Both the position numbers and the translations under genes were made by a program. Under the pieces are notes generated by a model, which was not told where the DNA came from, made no database searches, and saw nothing but the letters and a program-made list of their open reading frames with translations. DNA of 63,016 nt, counting the filler, from Nitrospirota bacterium (GTDB lineage: Bacteria; UBA2233): the NCBI GenBank assembly GCA_011620345.1. It is 9 parts of 9 records of this genome, joined end to end, with 100 filler letters (N's around TTAATTAATTAA, not from the genome) between each part and the next. Parts side by side here need not be neighbours in the genome. Positions count along the whole stretch, not along the records: positions 44,017 to 50,422 come from WOZJ01000061.1; positions 50,523 to 56,909 come from WOZJ01000038.1; positions 57,010 to 63,016 come from WOZJ01000017.1; 6 more parts are not named here. The stretch is one strand, 5' to 3'. Shown here in pieces: positions 48,761-58,768 of the stretch. Each line of letters starts with the position of its first letter. The stretch's first letter is position 1.

Positions 48761-50400
48761 GGCGTTTGCGCAAACTGCTGGGCGAAAAATTCGGGAGTTA
48801 AAGGCTGGCCTGTCGCTTGCTTGATCAATTCATCCCAGCGGTACCTGGCACCGTGCCTAAAGACCTTTTCGATCAAAAACCCCTTAAGCCTAGGCTCGGC
48901 CACGAGCGAGGGCTCGGCATCCTGGTTGGCCCCTAAAACGTCGTTCAGGAGAGTAGCGTAGAGCTGGCTGGCCAAAAGCTCGCCCAGCAGGTAGTTGTGG
49001 TAGTACGCTGGCGAGGAGCTGAAGTGGATCTTGGCCGCCCAGTCGGGGTTCTTTCGCTTTGGGGGCTTGAGGCCTTGGTAGTCATGAACGAGCCGCCACC
49101 AAAGGGCGTCTAAGTCTTGGCTGGGGTCTTCATACAGCTGGCGTTCGAAGCGGGCCATGACCATGTCCCAGCGGGCAAAAACGAGCTCGTCCGCCCGAAG
49201 CGATGCCTTGAGGCTGGGGGCAAGCCTTTTTGCCCCGCTCGGGTCAAGAAGGCCCATGTCCAGAAGCCAGGCGGCAGACTTGGGAAGCCGTTCAAAGAAC
49301 ATGGCGATCGCCTCGGTCACGAACGTATGGGCCGCGGTACGGAGCGGGTAGGGCAGTTCTGGGTCGATGTAACGGTCGTAGATCGCATGGCCGAACTCGT
49401 GTAAGAGTGTGTCCATCCAGTAGGCGTCGTTCTCGACGTTCAAAAAGACCCTGATGTCGCCCAATCGGTCGATGTCGATCGTGTAGGCGTGAGGGTTCTT
49501 GCCTGGCGCAGGCGTGATCGGCTGGGATCTAGCTAGGATGTCATAGACCGGGATTCCAAGGCTTGCGTAGTAGAATTTGGTCAGCTCGACGACGTCCTTG
49601 CCCTTGAAGAGCGCCTCGGTTCCGGCGCCGAACACGTCCGGGGCGGCCTGGAAGAAGGGGTCTTGGTAGTGCCAGGGCATGAGTGCATCCTTTTGGATGC
49701 CGTAGCGGATGGCGAGCGCTTGGTCGAGCGTTTCTTTGAGGGCCTTGTAAGGGCCGTCCGTAAGCGCCTTGAGCTCATCAAACAGCGCATGAACCTCGCT
49801 TGCGTCCTGCTCGTCGAGCTTGAGGCTCATCGTGTAGTAATCGGGAAACCCAAGGTAGTTTGCCGCTTCGTTCCTTAGCCTGACGAGCTCCAAAAGCTCG
49901 GGGGCCACGGCCTTCCCCACGGCCTTCTGCGCCTCGTAGGCCTTTTCCAACCGTGTGGAGTCGGTCTCTTCTTTGAGGATGCGGTTGATCTCGTTGTTGC
50001 TGACGCGCTGCCCGTCGATTTCGTAGGGGAACGTGTTGAAGGTCTCCTCGACGCTCGCTTCCTTGCGAGTGATGCGTTCAAGGAGCTCGGGCGGGATCTG
50101 GTTTGCCAAGAAGGCGTTGTACAAAAGGGTAAGCTGCCTTGCAAGGATCGGGTCTTGAACCTTGCCCGTGTCCTTTAACGCCTTGATGCGTCCGAATGCC
50201 TCCGGGTCGGCGTAGATGAGCCTTTCTACGAGGCTTAAGTCGGCGTAGCGGTCGTAGGCCTCCTTTTTGCCCGTCTGGGTCGCTTCGAAGTAGGAAAGCG
50301 CGGCTTGCTTGCTCAAAGGGGCAATCAGGCGGTTGTGGGTATCTAGAAAGGACTGAAAGGCCATTTCGTCCAGGTTTTGGGCGGACGCGCCATGAGACAT
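48757..50400 (-). CDS. M3/M2-like zinc oligopeptidase
   Basis: HEFGH, TEAIAMFF, WAAKIH, YYHNYLLG. Confidence 0.85.
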   Translation of the reverse strand: MSHGASAQNLDEMAFQSFLDTHNRLIAPLSKQAALSYFEATQTGKKEAYDRYADLSLVERLIYADPEAFGRIKALKDTGKVQDPILARQLTLLYNAFLANQIPPELLERITRKEASVEETFNTFPYEIDGQRVSNNEINRILKEETDSTRLEKAYEAQKAVGKAVAPELLELVRLRNEAANYLGFPDYYTMSLKLDEQDASEVHALFDELKALTDGPYKALKETLDQALAIRYGIQKDALMPWHYQDPFFQAAPDVFGAGTEALFKGKDVVELTKFYYASLGIPVYDILARSQPITPAPGKNPHAYTIDIDRLGDIRVFLNVENDAYWMDTLLHEFGHAIYDRYIDPELPYPLRTAAHTFVTEAIAMFFERLPKSAAWLLDMGLLDPSGAKRLAPSLKASLRADELVFARWDMVMARFERQLYEDPSQDLDALWWRLVHDYQGLKPPKRKNPDWAAKIHFSSSPAYYHNYLLGELLASQLYATLLNDVLGANQDAEPSLVAEPRLKGFLIEKVFRHGARYRWDELIKQATGQPLTPEFFAQQFAQTP

Positions 50401-50422
50401 AAGAACTCCTCCTAGAAAAAGC

Positions 50423-50522
50423 NNNNNNNNNNNNNNNNNNNNNNNNNNNNNNNNNNNNNNNNNNNNTTAATTAATTAANNNNNNNNNNNNNNNNNNNNNN
50501 NNNNNNNNNNNNNNNNNNNNNN
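50423..50522. other. Artificial contig spacer
   Basis: 100 bp of N with TTAATTAATTAA. Confidence 0.99.
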
Positions 50523-50524
50523 TG

Positions 50525-51418
50525 GGGAAAGCCCTCGTCTTTGCGGTTGTGCTGTGGGGGGCGGCCTGGGGGCTCCAACCTCGCCTGGCGGCGCTGGACG
50601 CCGCCAGGGCTCACGATTCTTCCTTTTTCTTTTCCGGCCCCCCCTTGTCGCTGCTCGATGCGCAGCTCAAGCCTCTTGCCGCAGACACGCTCTGGATCCG
50701 TACGGTTCAAGCCCTTGGGAGGCTCGACGTGCAGCAGGCAACGGCGCCTCAAAAGCAAGGCCTTTACCGGGCGGCCCTTGCCGTGAACGAGGTTGACCCC
50801 AGCTTTGTGTTCCCTTTAGAGGCGATGGGCGTGGTGTTGTCTGCATGGATGAACGAGGATAGGCTTGCCGGAAAGCTCTTTCTAAGGGGGCAGTTCTTGG
50901 CGCCGGAAAGCTGGAAATTCCCGTTTTTTTTGGGGTTTCTGGCCTATTTCTACGAGGGCGATGCCGGCAGGGCGGCCAATTATTTAGGGTTGGCCGCGCT
51001 TAAGCCCGGATGCCCTGTATACGTTTCCAGGCTTGTGGCCAAGCTCTACGCGTTTTCGGGTAGGCCCAAAGAAGGGCTTAGCTTCCTCGATTCCGTCATG
51101 GGCCTTGAGAGCCTAGCCGACTTTCGGCCTCAGATAGAAAAGCGAAGGAAGGAGATCGTGCTCACCGCGGCCTTTCAAGAGATCCAGGGCGCGATAGAAC
51201 ACTACAGGACGCGTTTCGGCAGGCCCCCAAAAAACCTTGGAGTATTGACGGCCTTGGGGTTGCTTGATGAGATCCCCAAAGACCCGTTTGGGGGTCAGTT
51301 CCGGATTGACCCTGAAACGGGCCTGGTATTCACGACCTCGGGAGCAACCCCGCTCAAGCCCAAAGAGCACTTCAAGCGGCCTGGACTTTCACCGCTTGGT
51401 AGGACAAAGAACCCATGA
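50525..51418 (+). CDS. Pilus-associated TPR-like protein (Myxococcus PilG / Geobacter Xap-like), 5' cut by contig start
   Basis: LAADTLWIR.VQ, WKFPFFLGF..YF, GspG-like tail GRPP..L..L...G....IPKDPFGG; precedes the ABC pair and pilD. Confidence 0.6.
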   Translation, partial: GKALVFAVVLWGAAWGLQPRLAALDAARAHDSSFFFSGPPLSLLDAQLKPLAADTLWIRTVQALGRLDVQQATAPQKQGLYRAALAVNEVDPSFVFPLEAMGVVLSAWMNEDRLAGKLFLRGQFLAPESWKFPFFLGFLAYFYEGDAGRAANYLGLAALKPGCPVYVSRLVAKLYAFSGRPKEGLSFLDSVMGLESLADFRPQIEKRRKEIVLTAAFQEIQGAIEHYRTRFGRPPKNLGVLTALGLLDEIPKDPFGGQFRIDPETGLVFTTSGATPLKPKEHFKRPGLSPLGRTKNP

Positions 51419-52344
51419 GAGCGGAACTTGAAGCGATCCGCGTCGCTAAACTCTGGGTGGGGTTTCGGGTCGGGTTTTGGGGGAAACGCTTCTTTGCCCT
51501 CCAGGAGGTGAATTTAGGGCTCGAAAAGGGCAAGACGTATGCCTTGATCGGGCCGAACGGAGCGGGGAAGAGCACGCTCATCAGGGCAATGCTTGGATTT
51601 TTGAAGCCAACCAAGGGTACGCTCGCGATCTTGGGCGGCTCGCCCAAGGAGGCCGTACTGTCCGGAAAAATTGGTTATACGCCCGAAAACCCGGGGCTTT
51701 ACCCCCATTTGAAGGGCCTGGAGACGCTCATGCTGGCAGGAAGCCTGCTTAAACTAGGCAAAATAACGGCCCGTACGCAGGCCATGAGGCTGATTGAACG
51801 CCTGGGTCTTTTGGGGCACGAAACAAGGGAGGTAAAAGGGTACTCCAAGGGCATGCAGCAGCGGCTTGCGCTCGGGTTTTCGCTAATGGGTACACCGGAG
51901 CTGCTCATCTGGGACGAGCCGATGAGCGGGCTCGACCCCGTAGGGCGTGGGGTTGTGCGTAACCTGATGGCCGAGCTCAAGAGTGAGGGGAGAACGCTTG
52001 TCTTTTCGACCCATATCATTCCCGACATCGAGGAGACCTGCGACGCGATTGTGTTGATCGACAAGGGAAAAAAAATTTCCGAATTCTCCCCCAAGGCCTT
52101 CCTTGACGAGAGCACGCGCGGCTATATTTTGAAAGGCTTGGGCCAGCTTGCACCCAATGGCCTCGGAGCCGATGTCCGGGTTCTGGAGGCCCAAGAAGGG
52201 GGCTGGGCGCTCGAGGTCCCAAAAGGCTCGCTTGGCGAGACGATCAATCGGCTCACCCAAACGGGCGGTGCGATCGAAACTCTGGAGCCCATCCGGCCTT
52301 CTTTGGAAGAGCTTCTCGTCGATCGGTTTTTGAATCATGGCTAG
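51415..52344 (+). CDS. ABC transporter ATP-binding protein (PilH-like)
   Basis: GPNGAGKST, YSKGMQQR, DEPMSGLDP, STH. Confidence 0.92.
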   Translation: MRAELEAIRVAKLWVGFRVGFWGKRFFALQEVNLGLEKGKTYALIGPNGAGKSTLIRAMLGFLKPTKGTLAILGGSPKEAVLSGKIGYTPENPGLYPHLKGLETLMLAGSLLKLGKITARTQAMRLIERLGLLGHETREVKGYSKGMQQRLALGFSLMGTPELLIWDEPMSGLDPVGRGVVRNLMAELKSEGRTLVFSTHIIPDIEETCDAIVLIDKGKKISEFSPKAFLDESTRGYILKGLGQLAPNGLGADVRVLEAQEGGWALEVPKGSLGETINRLTQTGGAIETLEPIRPSLEELLVDRFLNHG

Positions 52345-53101
52345 GCTCGCGCTCGTTACGGCCAAAGAAATCACCCGGCAAAAGCTCTTCTACGCGATTG
52401 CGCTCGTTGCGCTCGTGCTGATCGGGGTGGGGGTGCTGTTTGGTACCAGCGCGCTCTACGACCCAAAGCGGTTCGTCTACGACGCAGGCCAAGCGAGCAT
52501 GTACCTGTTTGGCTGCTTTACGGCCATCCTGTTTGGGGCAAGCATGGTCCCAAAAGAGCTCGAGCGCGGCTCAGCGTACCTTTTGCTCGCCAAACCCTTG
52601 AGCCGCTCCGGGTTCGTGGCGGGCAAGTTCTTCGGCCTCCTGCTCGTAGGCGTCCTTTTGGTGTTTGGGCTGCTCATCCCGTTCGCGCTCGTCTACGGGC
52701 TTGTTTACCAAGGAACGTTGAATGCCGCTTTCTTTTTGGGCGCCATGATCGACGTAGGAAAGCTAGGCGTTTTGGGAAGCCTTGCGCTCGCCCTTGGCAC
52801 GTTCAGCACGCCCACGCTGTCTGTCATGCTCACCGTGTTCGTTTGGCTTATCGCAACGGGCCTTGAAGCCGCCGCCACGAGCGCGAGGTTCATTGAAATA
52901 GGCTGGATGCGCGCCGTCGTTCCTGCTTTGTACAGGACCCTCCCCAATTTTGGCATCGTGGCCGCCGACCTAGAAACGGTGTTGATTTTAGGCGTTCCAT
53001 GTCCAGTATGGCTTTTGAGCCTTTTGTACCTTTCGCTGTGGTCGACTGTTTTCGTGCTGCTTGCCTGTATCGCGTTCGAAAGACGGAACCTGGTGAGGTA
53101 G
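52337..53101 (+). CDS. ABC-2 permease (PilI-like)
   Basis: About 6 TM, KELER...Y.LLAKPLSR..F..GKF, FERRNL. Confidence 0.85.
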   Translation: MARLALVTAKEITRQKLFYAIALVALVLIGVGVLFGTSALYDPKRFVYDAGQASMYLFGCFTAILFGASMVPKELERGSAYLLLAKPLSRSGFVAGKFFGLLLVGVLLVFGLLIPFALVYGLVYQGTLNAAFFLGAMIDVGKLGVLGSLALALGTFSTPTLSVMLTVFVWLIATGLEAAATSARFIEIGWMRAVVPALYRTLPNFGIVAADLETVLILGVPCPVWLLSLLYLSLWSTVFVLLACIAFERRNLVR

Positions 53102-53104
53102 GGG

Positions 53105-53869
53105 ATGGAGCAAGTAGTGATTTATTTCTACCTTTTCATCCTGGGCGCTTGCTTGGGAAGCCTTTTTGGGGTTCTGATCGAGCGGCTGCCCAAAAACGAG
53201 CCCGTTTTGATGGCCCGCTCGCGATGCAGAGCCTGCAACGGGCAGATTCCCCTCTACGAAAACATTCCGATCGTTAGCTACCTGCTGCTTAAGGGGCGAT
53301 GTCGGTCCTGCAAGGCCAAGATTCCACTTTGGGTCTGGCTGATCGAGATTGTCACGCCGGCCATTCTGCTTGCGCTTTTTTCTCTTCACGGACCGAGCCC
53401 TTTGTTTGTCCACGTCGCCGTGCTCTCCATGTTTTTGATCCCAATCGGGCTGATCGATTTGACAAACTGGATCATCCCAGATGCCCTTACCTACCCTGGC
53501 ATGGTCTTGGGCCTTTTTCTTGGGCCGTGGCTTGGCGTCGTCCCCCTCAAGGCCGCGCTTTTGGGCGGCATCATGGGGGCGGGTAGCTTCCTTTTGATCA
53601 GGCTCGTCTACGGATGGATTCGAGGGCACGAGGGGATGGGCCTTGGCGATGTCAAGCTCATGGGGATGGTCGGGGTGTTCTTGGGGCCGTTTGCGCTCGG
53701 GAGCATTGTCTTGTTTTCTGCGCTGCTCGGCCTTCTTTTTGGGGTCACTGGCATTATCAAAGAAGGGAAAGGCCTCAAGGCGGCCGTCCCGTTCGGCTTT
53801 TGCATAGCCTTAGGGACGATCGCATTCCTTGGCGCCCTACCCTTGGGAAGAATGCCATGGCAAGCGTAA
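53105..53869 (+). CDS. pilD: Prepilin peptidase
   Basis: RSRCRAC, NIPIVSYLLLKGRCRSC, IIPD, GMGLGDVKL, VPFG. Confidence 0.94.
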   Translation: MEQVVIYFYLFILGACLGSLFGVLIERLPKNEPVLMARSRCRACNGQIPLYENIPIVSYLLLKGRCRSCKAKIPLWVWLIEIVTPAILLALFSLHGPSPLFVHVAVLSMFLIPIGLIDLTNWIIPDALTYPGMVLGLFLGPWLGVVPLKAALLGGIMGAGSFLLIRLVYGWIRGHEGMGLGDVKLMGMVGVFLGPFALGSIVLFSALLGLLFGVTGIIKEGKGLKAAVPFGFCIALGTIAFLGALPLGRMPWQA

Positions 53870-54837
53870 GGGGCCAAGATTCGGGGTTTATTGTGGGGCT
53901 TGCCCTCATCGTGCTGTTTTTTTTGGGTATCGTGGCCTACGGAACGCTTTTGATCGCCGGGCGGGAGTCTGTGGCGCCCGTCATTGAAAAGCGCGCCTAC
54001 GAAGGGCTTGTCATGGCCGAGACGGGTCTCAAGCAGGCGATGTTCGGGCTTTTGGACGAAACGGCCCCGCCGATCGGGGATGAGGCCGGAGCGTTCACGC
54101 CGGGTATCGACGTCTCGCTAGGGTCTGCCGAAGCCCCCACTGACCTGCTCGCGGGGGACCCCGAAAAAATGCAGGGAAGCTTCGAGAATGGCTGGGTGGA
54201 GGCCAACAAGGGCTACATCGAAAGGCTTGGGCAGATCAAGGCGATGAAAGAGAACCTTCCAGAAGCCTACCGATCCTTGCCGTTCATGCTCGCCGCGCTT
54301 TTTTTGGACAACACGCAGGACCCTGCCAATCCAAGCCTGCAAACCCCCACGGGTAGGCGAATCGAGGTGAGCACCCTTCAAGAGGGCCAGGTCAAAAACC
54401 TTCTTACGGCGATTGAAGGCAATTCTGCCCTCCAGGAGGTCGTAGGGAGAAATACGGCTTACATGAGGCGCTGGGAGTTCATCCGGCTATCGAACATGAG
54501 GGAGGAAGACGGCAACGAGGCCGACTGCTACGATTTCGCGCAGGAGACGGGTATCCAAGCGCCGGGCATTGCCAAGGTCTACATCGCCCGGGGCGTGCTC
54601 GTAAAGGCCTCTACCTACGAAAGAGACCTCAAGAACCACCCGAGGCTGTTGGCCGTGGCCTTCTTTGGGCCCAAAGAGAGGCTGGGCATGAAGGCGGTTT
54701 CTGTCGAGCTGATGAGCTACGAAGCCACTGGAACGGGTACGCTCAAGCGTGCAAGCCTCCAAGAAAGCGAAGAACCGCTTCAAAACGGCGTATGCTGGTT
54801 CGGAAGCTTTAGGGAGGAGCTATTTGGAATCAATTAG
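53857..54837 (+). CDS. PilX-like minor pilin (divergent)
   Basis: G|FIVGLALIVL without Glu5, followed by AETGL. Confidence 0.55.
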   Translation: MASVRGQDSGFIVGLALIVLFFLGIVAYGTLLIAGRESVAPVIEKRAYEGLVMAETGLKQAMFGLLDETAPPIGDEAGAFTPGIDVSLGSAEAPTDLLAGDPEKMQGSFENGWVEANKGYIERLGQIKAMKENLPEAYRSLPFMLAALFLDNTQDPANPSLQTPTGRRIEVSTLQEGQVKNLLTAIEGNSALQEVVGRNTAYMRRWEFIRLSNMREEDGNEADCYDFAQETGIQAPGIAKVYIARGVLVKASTYERDLKNHPRLLAVAFFGPKERLGMKAVSVELMSYEATGTGTLKRASLQESEEPLQNGVCWFGSFREELFGIN

Positions 54838-55414
54838 GGAAAAAACCAAAGAATCGGGCTTCTCGCTGATGGAGGCCATGGTTGTCCTTGCCCTGTTGGG
54901 GCTTCTGGCTGCGTTCGCCGGGCTTTCGATGGCCTGGTACCCGGGCGCCCAACAAAAAGAGCGCGCCCACCAGGCCGCCTACTTCCTGTTTGCAGCCCTG
55001 GAAGAGGCAAGAAAGCTCGAGCGCTTCTACGGCAGGGATGTCTTTCTTTCCTGGGAGACGGACGGCTCTGGTGCAATCGTGAAGGTTTCGCTTTTTAGGG
55101 ACGACGATTTGGGCGGATCTCTGGATGAACAAAAAGACGCGCTGATCGATTCTTGGGATTTTTTGAGCATGTTTAAAGACGCCCGCGTCGTGGCCGACAT
55201 GGGAGTCACGACGCAGGCGTACCTTTCATTGCAGACAGGCCCTAGGCCTACGTTTGCGAGCGGCGCGGGGGTGTTTTGGGTGTTCACTGAACGCGATTTC
55301 GGCCGCAGGGACTCCAGGACCAACCCTGGCCAGGTTGCAAGCTACGGCGTTGTCGTGAGCAACACAAGCAACATGGGAGCTAGGATTTGCCAGCCCGGGC
55401 TGGATTGCCCATGA
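54824..55414 (+). CDS. FimT/FimU-like minor pilin
   Basis: G|FSLMEAMVVL prepilin motif; TTG start after GGAGGAG. Confidence 0.7.
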   Translation: MESIREKTKESGFSLMEAMVVLALLGLLAAFAGLSMAWYPGAQQKERAHQAAYFLFAALEEARKLERFYGRDVFLSWETDGSGAIVKVSLFRDDDLGGSLDEQKDALIDSWDFLSMFKDARVVADMGVTTQAYLSLQTGPRPTFASGAGVFWVFTERDFGRRDSRTNPGQVASYGVVVSNTSNMGARICQPGLDCP

Positions 55415-56019
55415 AAGACATGGGCGGGAAGGAGGGCGCAAAGGCGAGCAGGCTAACGCCCAAGGGCTTTAGCCTGCTCGAGGTGATCGTGGCGATTGCG
55501 CTGATCGCGCTCTGCGCGATGCTTCTTTTGCCCTTTCGCGCCTCGAGCGAGAGGGTGTTGGCCCAAAGGCTTCGGACCTACGAGGCACTCTGGCTTGCCC
55601 GTTCGCAGGCCGAGAGCTTTGGCGCCCTTCCCTATGAAATGGAGACAGACGAAAGCTTTGGAGGGCTTCGGTCGGGCCTAGGGCTCGTTGCGCCCGGTCA
55701 AAGCGCTGGGGTCGTCAGACGAAAAAAAGAAGGCCAGGACGACCAGCGGGATTACCTAGTCGTGGACAAAAAGGCGGAATTCGTGGAATACCTAATCCAG
55801 CCTGACGAAATCCCGCAGAATGGCAGCCTTTTCGCGATCCGCATCCAATGGGTGCCGTTTGGGGGGGCGGCATCCAAAGAAGACCTTCGGCAAAAGTTGA
55901 ACGAGACGGGAAATGGCTCGCTCACCCAAGGGGGACTTCTTACGCTAGGGGCTTGCAACCCGGACCTCGGCTGGGCAAGGAACCCTGGAGCCTGGGTAGG
56001 CGCGCCAACATCGCCATGA
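55411..56019 (+). CDS. PilV-like minor pilin
   Basis: G|FSLLEVIVAIAL; ATGA overlap. Confidence 0.7.
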   Translation: MKDMGGKEGAKASRLTPKGFSLLEVIVAIALIALCAMLLLPFRASSERVLAQRLRTYEALWLARSQAESFGALPYEMETDESFGGLRSGLGLVAPGQSAGVVRRKKEGQDDQRDYLVVDKKAEFVEYLIQPDEIPQNGSLFAIRIQWVPFGGAASKEDLRQKLNETGNGSLTQGGLLTLGACNPDLGWARNPGAWVGAPTSP

Positions 56020-56032
56020 AGGAGGACGCGCC

Positions 56033-56909
56033 TTGAAACCTTACCAAGCAAGGGGTTCCGATCGCGGGTTCACGCTCGTAGAGCTGCTCGTGGGCGTGGC
56101 CGTCTCCGGACTCGTTGCGCTGTTCCTCTTCTGGATGGTAGCCCAGGACGCCCGCTTCAAGGCGCTCGAGCGGGCAAGGGCGGGCGTGCGCGATAAGGTC
56201 CAGTTGGCCATCGACCTGTTTCAAGAGGACTTCCGAGGGATCGAGAGCACGGACGGCCTCGAGGCGAGGCCTGGGTCTTTTTACGTGCAATCGGACAAGG
56301 GGTTGCTTACGCTCAACTGGGGCGTTCGCTTCAAGCGCTGGCTATATTTAAGCGAGAGCGGCAGGCCGGGCTTCCAGCCTCTCTGGGTTGTGTGGGGGGC
56401 AAAGAAGGGCTCGCGCCCCGATCCATACTGGACGCTCTACCGGATCGTGCACCGGGAAGCCTACGGGCGCATGATCGAGGTATCCCGTCTTGAACTCAAG
56501 CCTTTGACCAGAGCCGAGTTGCACCTCTTTGGCCTGAACGAAAGGGCCGAGCCAGGCCCTGGCGCCCTTGTCCGGCTGGATAAAACCTACCCCTATAGCG
56601 TTCCATCCAGTAAACTCGAGCGCCTGGCCTACGCCGAGCTAGAGATCGATGCGCTAGCCCAGACGGGAGCAAGCCAAAGGATGCTCGGGACGTTCGGGCA
56701 GAACTACCGCCCCTACCGGTTCGTCGCACGTGCCCAGCCAAGGAACATCGACGCGGCGTTTATCAACCCAAAGCCTCTGTCAGGGGTTTCGTTGCCCCCG
56801 CCCAAAGCGGAGAGTGATGCCATGGATAGGGTGGACTACATCGCAGAGGGGGTGAAAACCGTCACCATCGAGGCGCTGCAGGCCGGCCTTCAGGTCATCC
56901 AGTTGGCCG
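56033..56909 (+). CDS. PilW-like minor pilin, 3' cut by contig end
   Basis: G|FTLVELLVGVAVSG; AAGGAGG upstream. Confidence 0.7.
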
Positions 56910-57009
56910 NNNNNNNNNNNNNNNNNNNNNNNNNNNNNNNNNNNNNNNNNNNNTTAATTAATTAANNNNNNNNNNNNNNNNNNNNNNNNNNNNNNNNNNN
57001 NNNNNNNNN
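56910..57009. other. Artificial contig spacer
   Basis: 100 bp of N with TTAATTAATTAA. Confidence 0.99.
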
Positions 57010-57011
57010 CT

Positions 57012-58733
57012 TCAGCCCTCCAACGGCCCCGTCGATACCCTAATACGGACGTGTGAGGCCGGATTCTTTGCGTCAATCAGCTGGATCGAGCAGGCCAAGC
57101 ACGGGTCGAACGAATGGACCGTTCTTAATATCTCAACAGGCCGTTCTTGGTCTGCCACCGGAGTTCCCACAAGGGCGGCCTCGTAAGGCCCCGATTTTCC
57201 GTCGGCATTTCTGGGGGCCGCGTTCCATGTTGTCGGAGCAATCGCTTGATAGTTTTGAATCTTTCCGCCCCTTATCACCACCCAGTGGGAGAGCATGCCG
57301 CGTGGGGCCTCTAAAAAACCAAACCCCTGAATCTCGCCCTTGGGGAAGTTGGGGGCGTTAAACGATGCTGTATCGCCTTTGGCAATGTTGGCCACAAGCA
57401 AATCCATCGAACGGCCGAGTTCTTCGTACATGAGGCCGCAGCGCAAAGCCCTGGCCAAGTGGCGGCCCAACGTGGAATCCAGCGCGCCCGGGGGAACATC
57501 CTTCCCGAGCAATGCCTGAAGGAGGCCAACCGCGCCGTTGAGCCGCTTTTTTGCCGGCTCGTATCCGGACGCCAGCATGGCCCGAAGGTGCGACAAGGGG
57601 CCCACCTCGGCAGGATGCCCTTGAAACGTGGGCGATTTGATCCAAGAGTAGCGCTCTCCGCCGTCCTCTTGGGTAAAGTTGGGATCCGTGTCTTCTTTGT
57701 AGGGATGGTTTGCGCCGCGGCCCTTGTACCACGAATGGTCAACGGCCTCCTTGACGTTCTCCTCGAAAAAGGCGTCCTGAAACGAACGGATCGGGATGAA
57801 TTCCGCCTTATCACCCTTGGGGATATACCCCCCTGGCATGGCAAATGCGCTACCTTTGGAGTTCGTCGGCATCTCCGGGACGCTCAAGAGCGGCAGGTTC
57901 GTCTTGCCTAGTTCGAGCCACTCTGGGTACCTCGAGGCAATCACGCACACGTCGGGGATGTAGACTTGCTCGATGAATGCGCCCAACTCATCCACCAACG
58001 TCTTCATGAACGCGATCCGTTCCATGTTGAGCGTGCTTTGGTTCTCTAAATTGACAGCGTTAGCCACGCCGCCAACCGCAAGGTTCTGGATGTGCGGAGT
58101 TTTACCGCCTAAAATGGCAACGATCTGGTTGGCCTTCCGCTGGATTTCGAGCGCTTGAAGGTAGTGGGCCACGGCCAAAAGGTTAATCTCCGGCTCGAGG
58201 CGCATGGCCGGATGCCCCCAGTACCCCCCCGAGAAAATCCCTAGCCGGCCGCTTTCCACGAGCCCGCTTAACCGGTCCTGAACAATCTTGAGGTCCGCCC
58301 TTCCATTCAACGGCCAAGGGGAGAGCCCAAACGCCAACCGCTCGGCCTCGGCAGGGTCTGCCTTGAGGGCTTGAGTGACGTCTACCCAGTCGAGCGCGGA
58401 GAGGTGGTAGAAATGCACGATGTGGTCGTGGACGGCATGCGCTGCCGTAATGATATTGCGGATATGCTGGGCGTTTTCTGGAACCTCCAGTTTCAGCGCG
58501 TTCTCGACGGCACGAACAGAGGCAATGGCATGCACCGTGGTGCACACGCCGCATATGCGTTGCGTGAAAATCCAAGCCTCTCTCGGGTCTCGGCCCTTCA
58601 AAATGGTCTCAATTCCTCGAAACATTTGACCCGAAGCACGCGCCTCGGAAACGTTGCCGCCTTCCATCGTGCATTCGATCCTAAGGTGCCCCTCGATTCG
58701 CGTGACGGGGTCGATCACGATACGTTTGGCCAT
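57012..58733 (-). CDS. hybC: Group 1 [NiFe] hydrogenase large subunit (Hyb-type)
   Basis: DPVTRIEGH, QRICGVC, HFYHL.ALDW, EAPRG.L.HW, SFDPCLAC. Confidence 0.95.
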   Translation of the reverse strand: MAKRIVIDPVTRIEGHLRIECTMEGGNVSEARASGQMFRGIETILKGRDPREAWIFTQRICGVCTTVHAIASVRAVENALKLEVPENAQHIRNIITAAHAVHDHIVHFYHLSALDWVDVTQALKADPAEAERLAFGLSPWPLNGRADLKIVQDRLSGLVESGRLGIFSGGYWGHPAMRLEPEINLLAVAHYLQALEIQRKANQIVAILGGKTPHIQNLAVGGVANAVNLENQSTLNMERIAFMKTLVDELGAFIEQVYIPDVCVIASRYPEWLELGKTNLPLLSVPEMPTNSKGSAFAMPGGYIPKGDKAEFIPIRSFQDAFFEENVKEAVDHSWYKGRGANHPYKEDTDPNFTQEDGGERYSWIKSPTFQGHPAEVGPLSHLRAMLASGYEPAKKRLNGAVGLLQALLGKDVPPGALDSTLGRHLARALRCGLMYEELGRSMDLLVANIAKGDTASFNAPNFPKGEIQGFGFLEAPRGMLSHWVVIRGGKIQNYQAIAPTTWNAAPRNADGKSGPYEAALVGTPVADQERPVEILRTVHSFDPCLACSIQLIDAKNPASHVRIRVSTGPLEG

Positions 58734-58768
58734 TATGCTCTCCTAATGACTATAGTTACCGCTTGAAT

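Noticed and set aside
7677-57009. Regularly recurring TTAATTAATTAA flanked by N runs
   Set aside because: Artificial six-frame-stop linkers between length-sorted contigs. They are not biological repeats, and cross-spacer synteny is meaningless.
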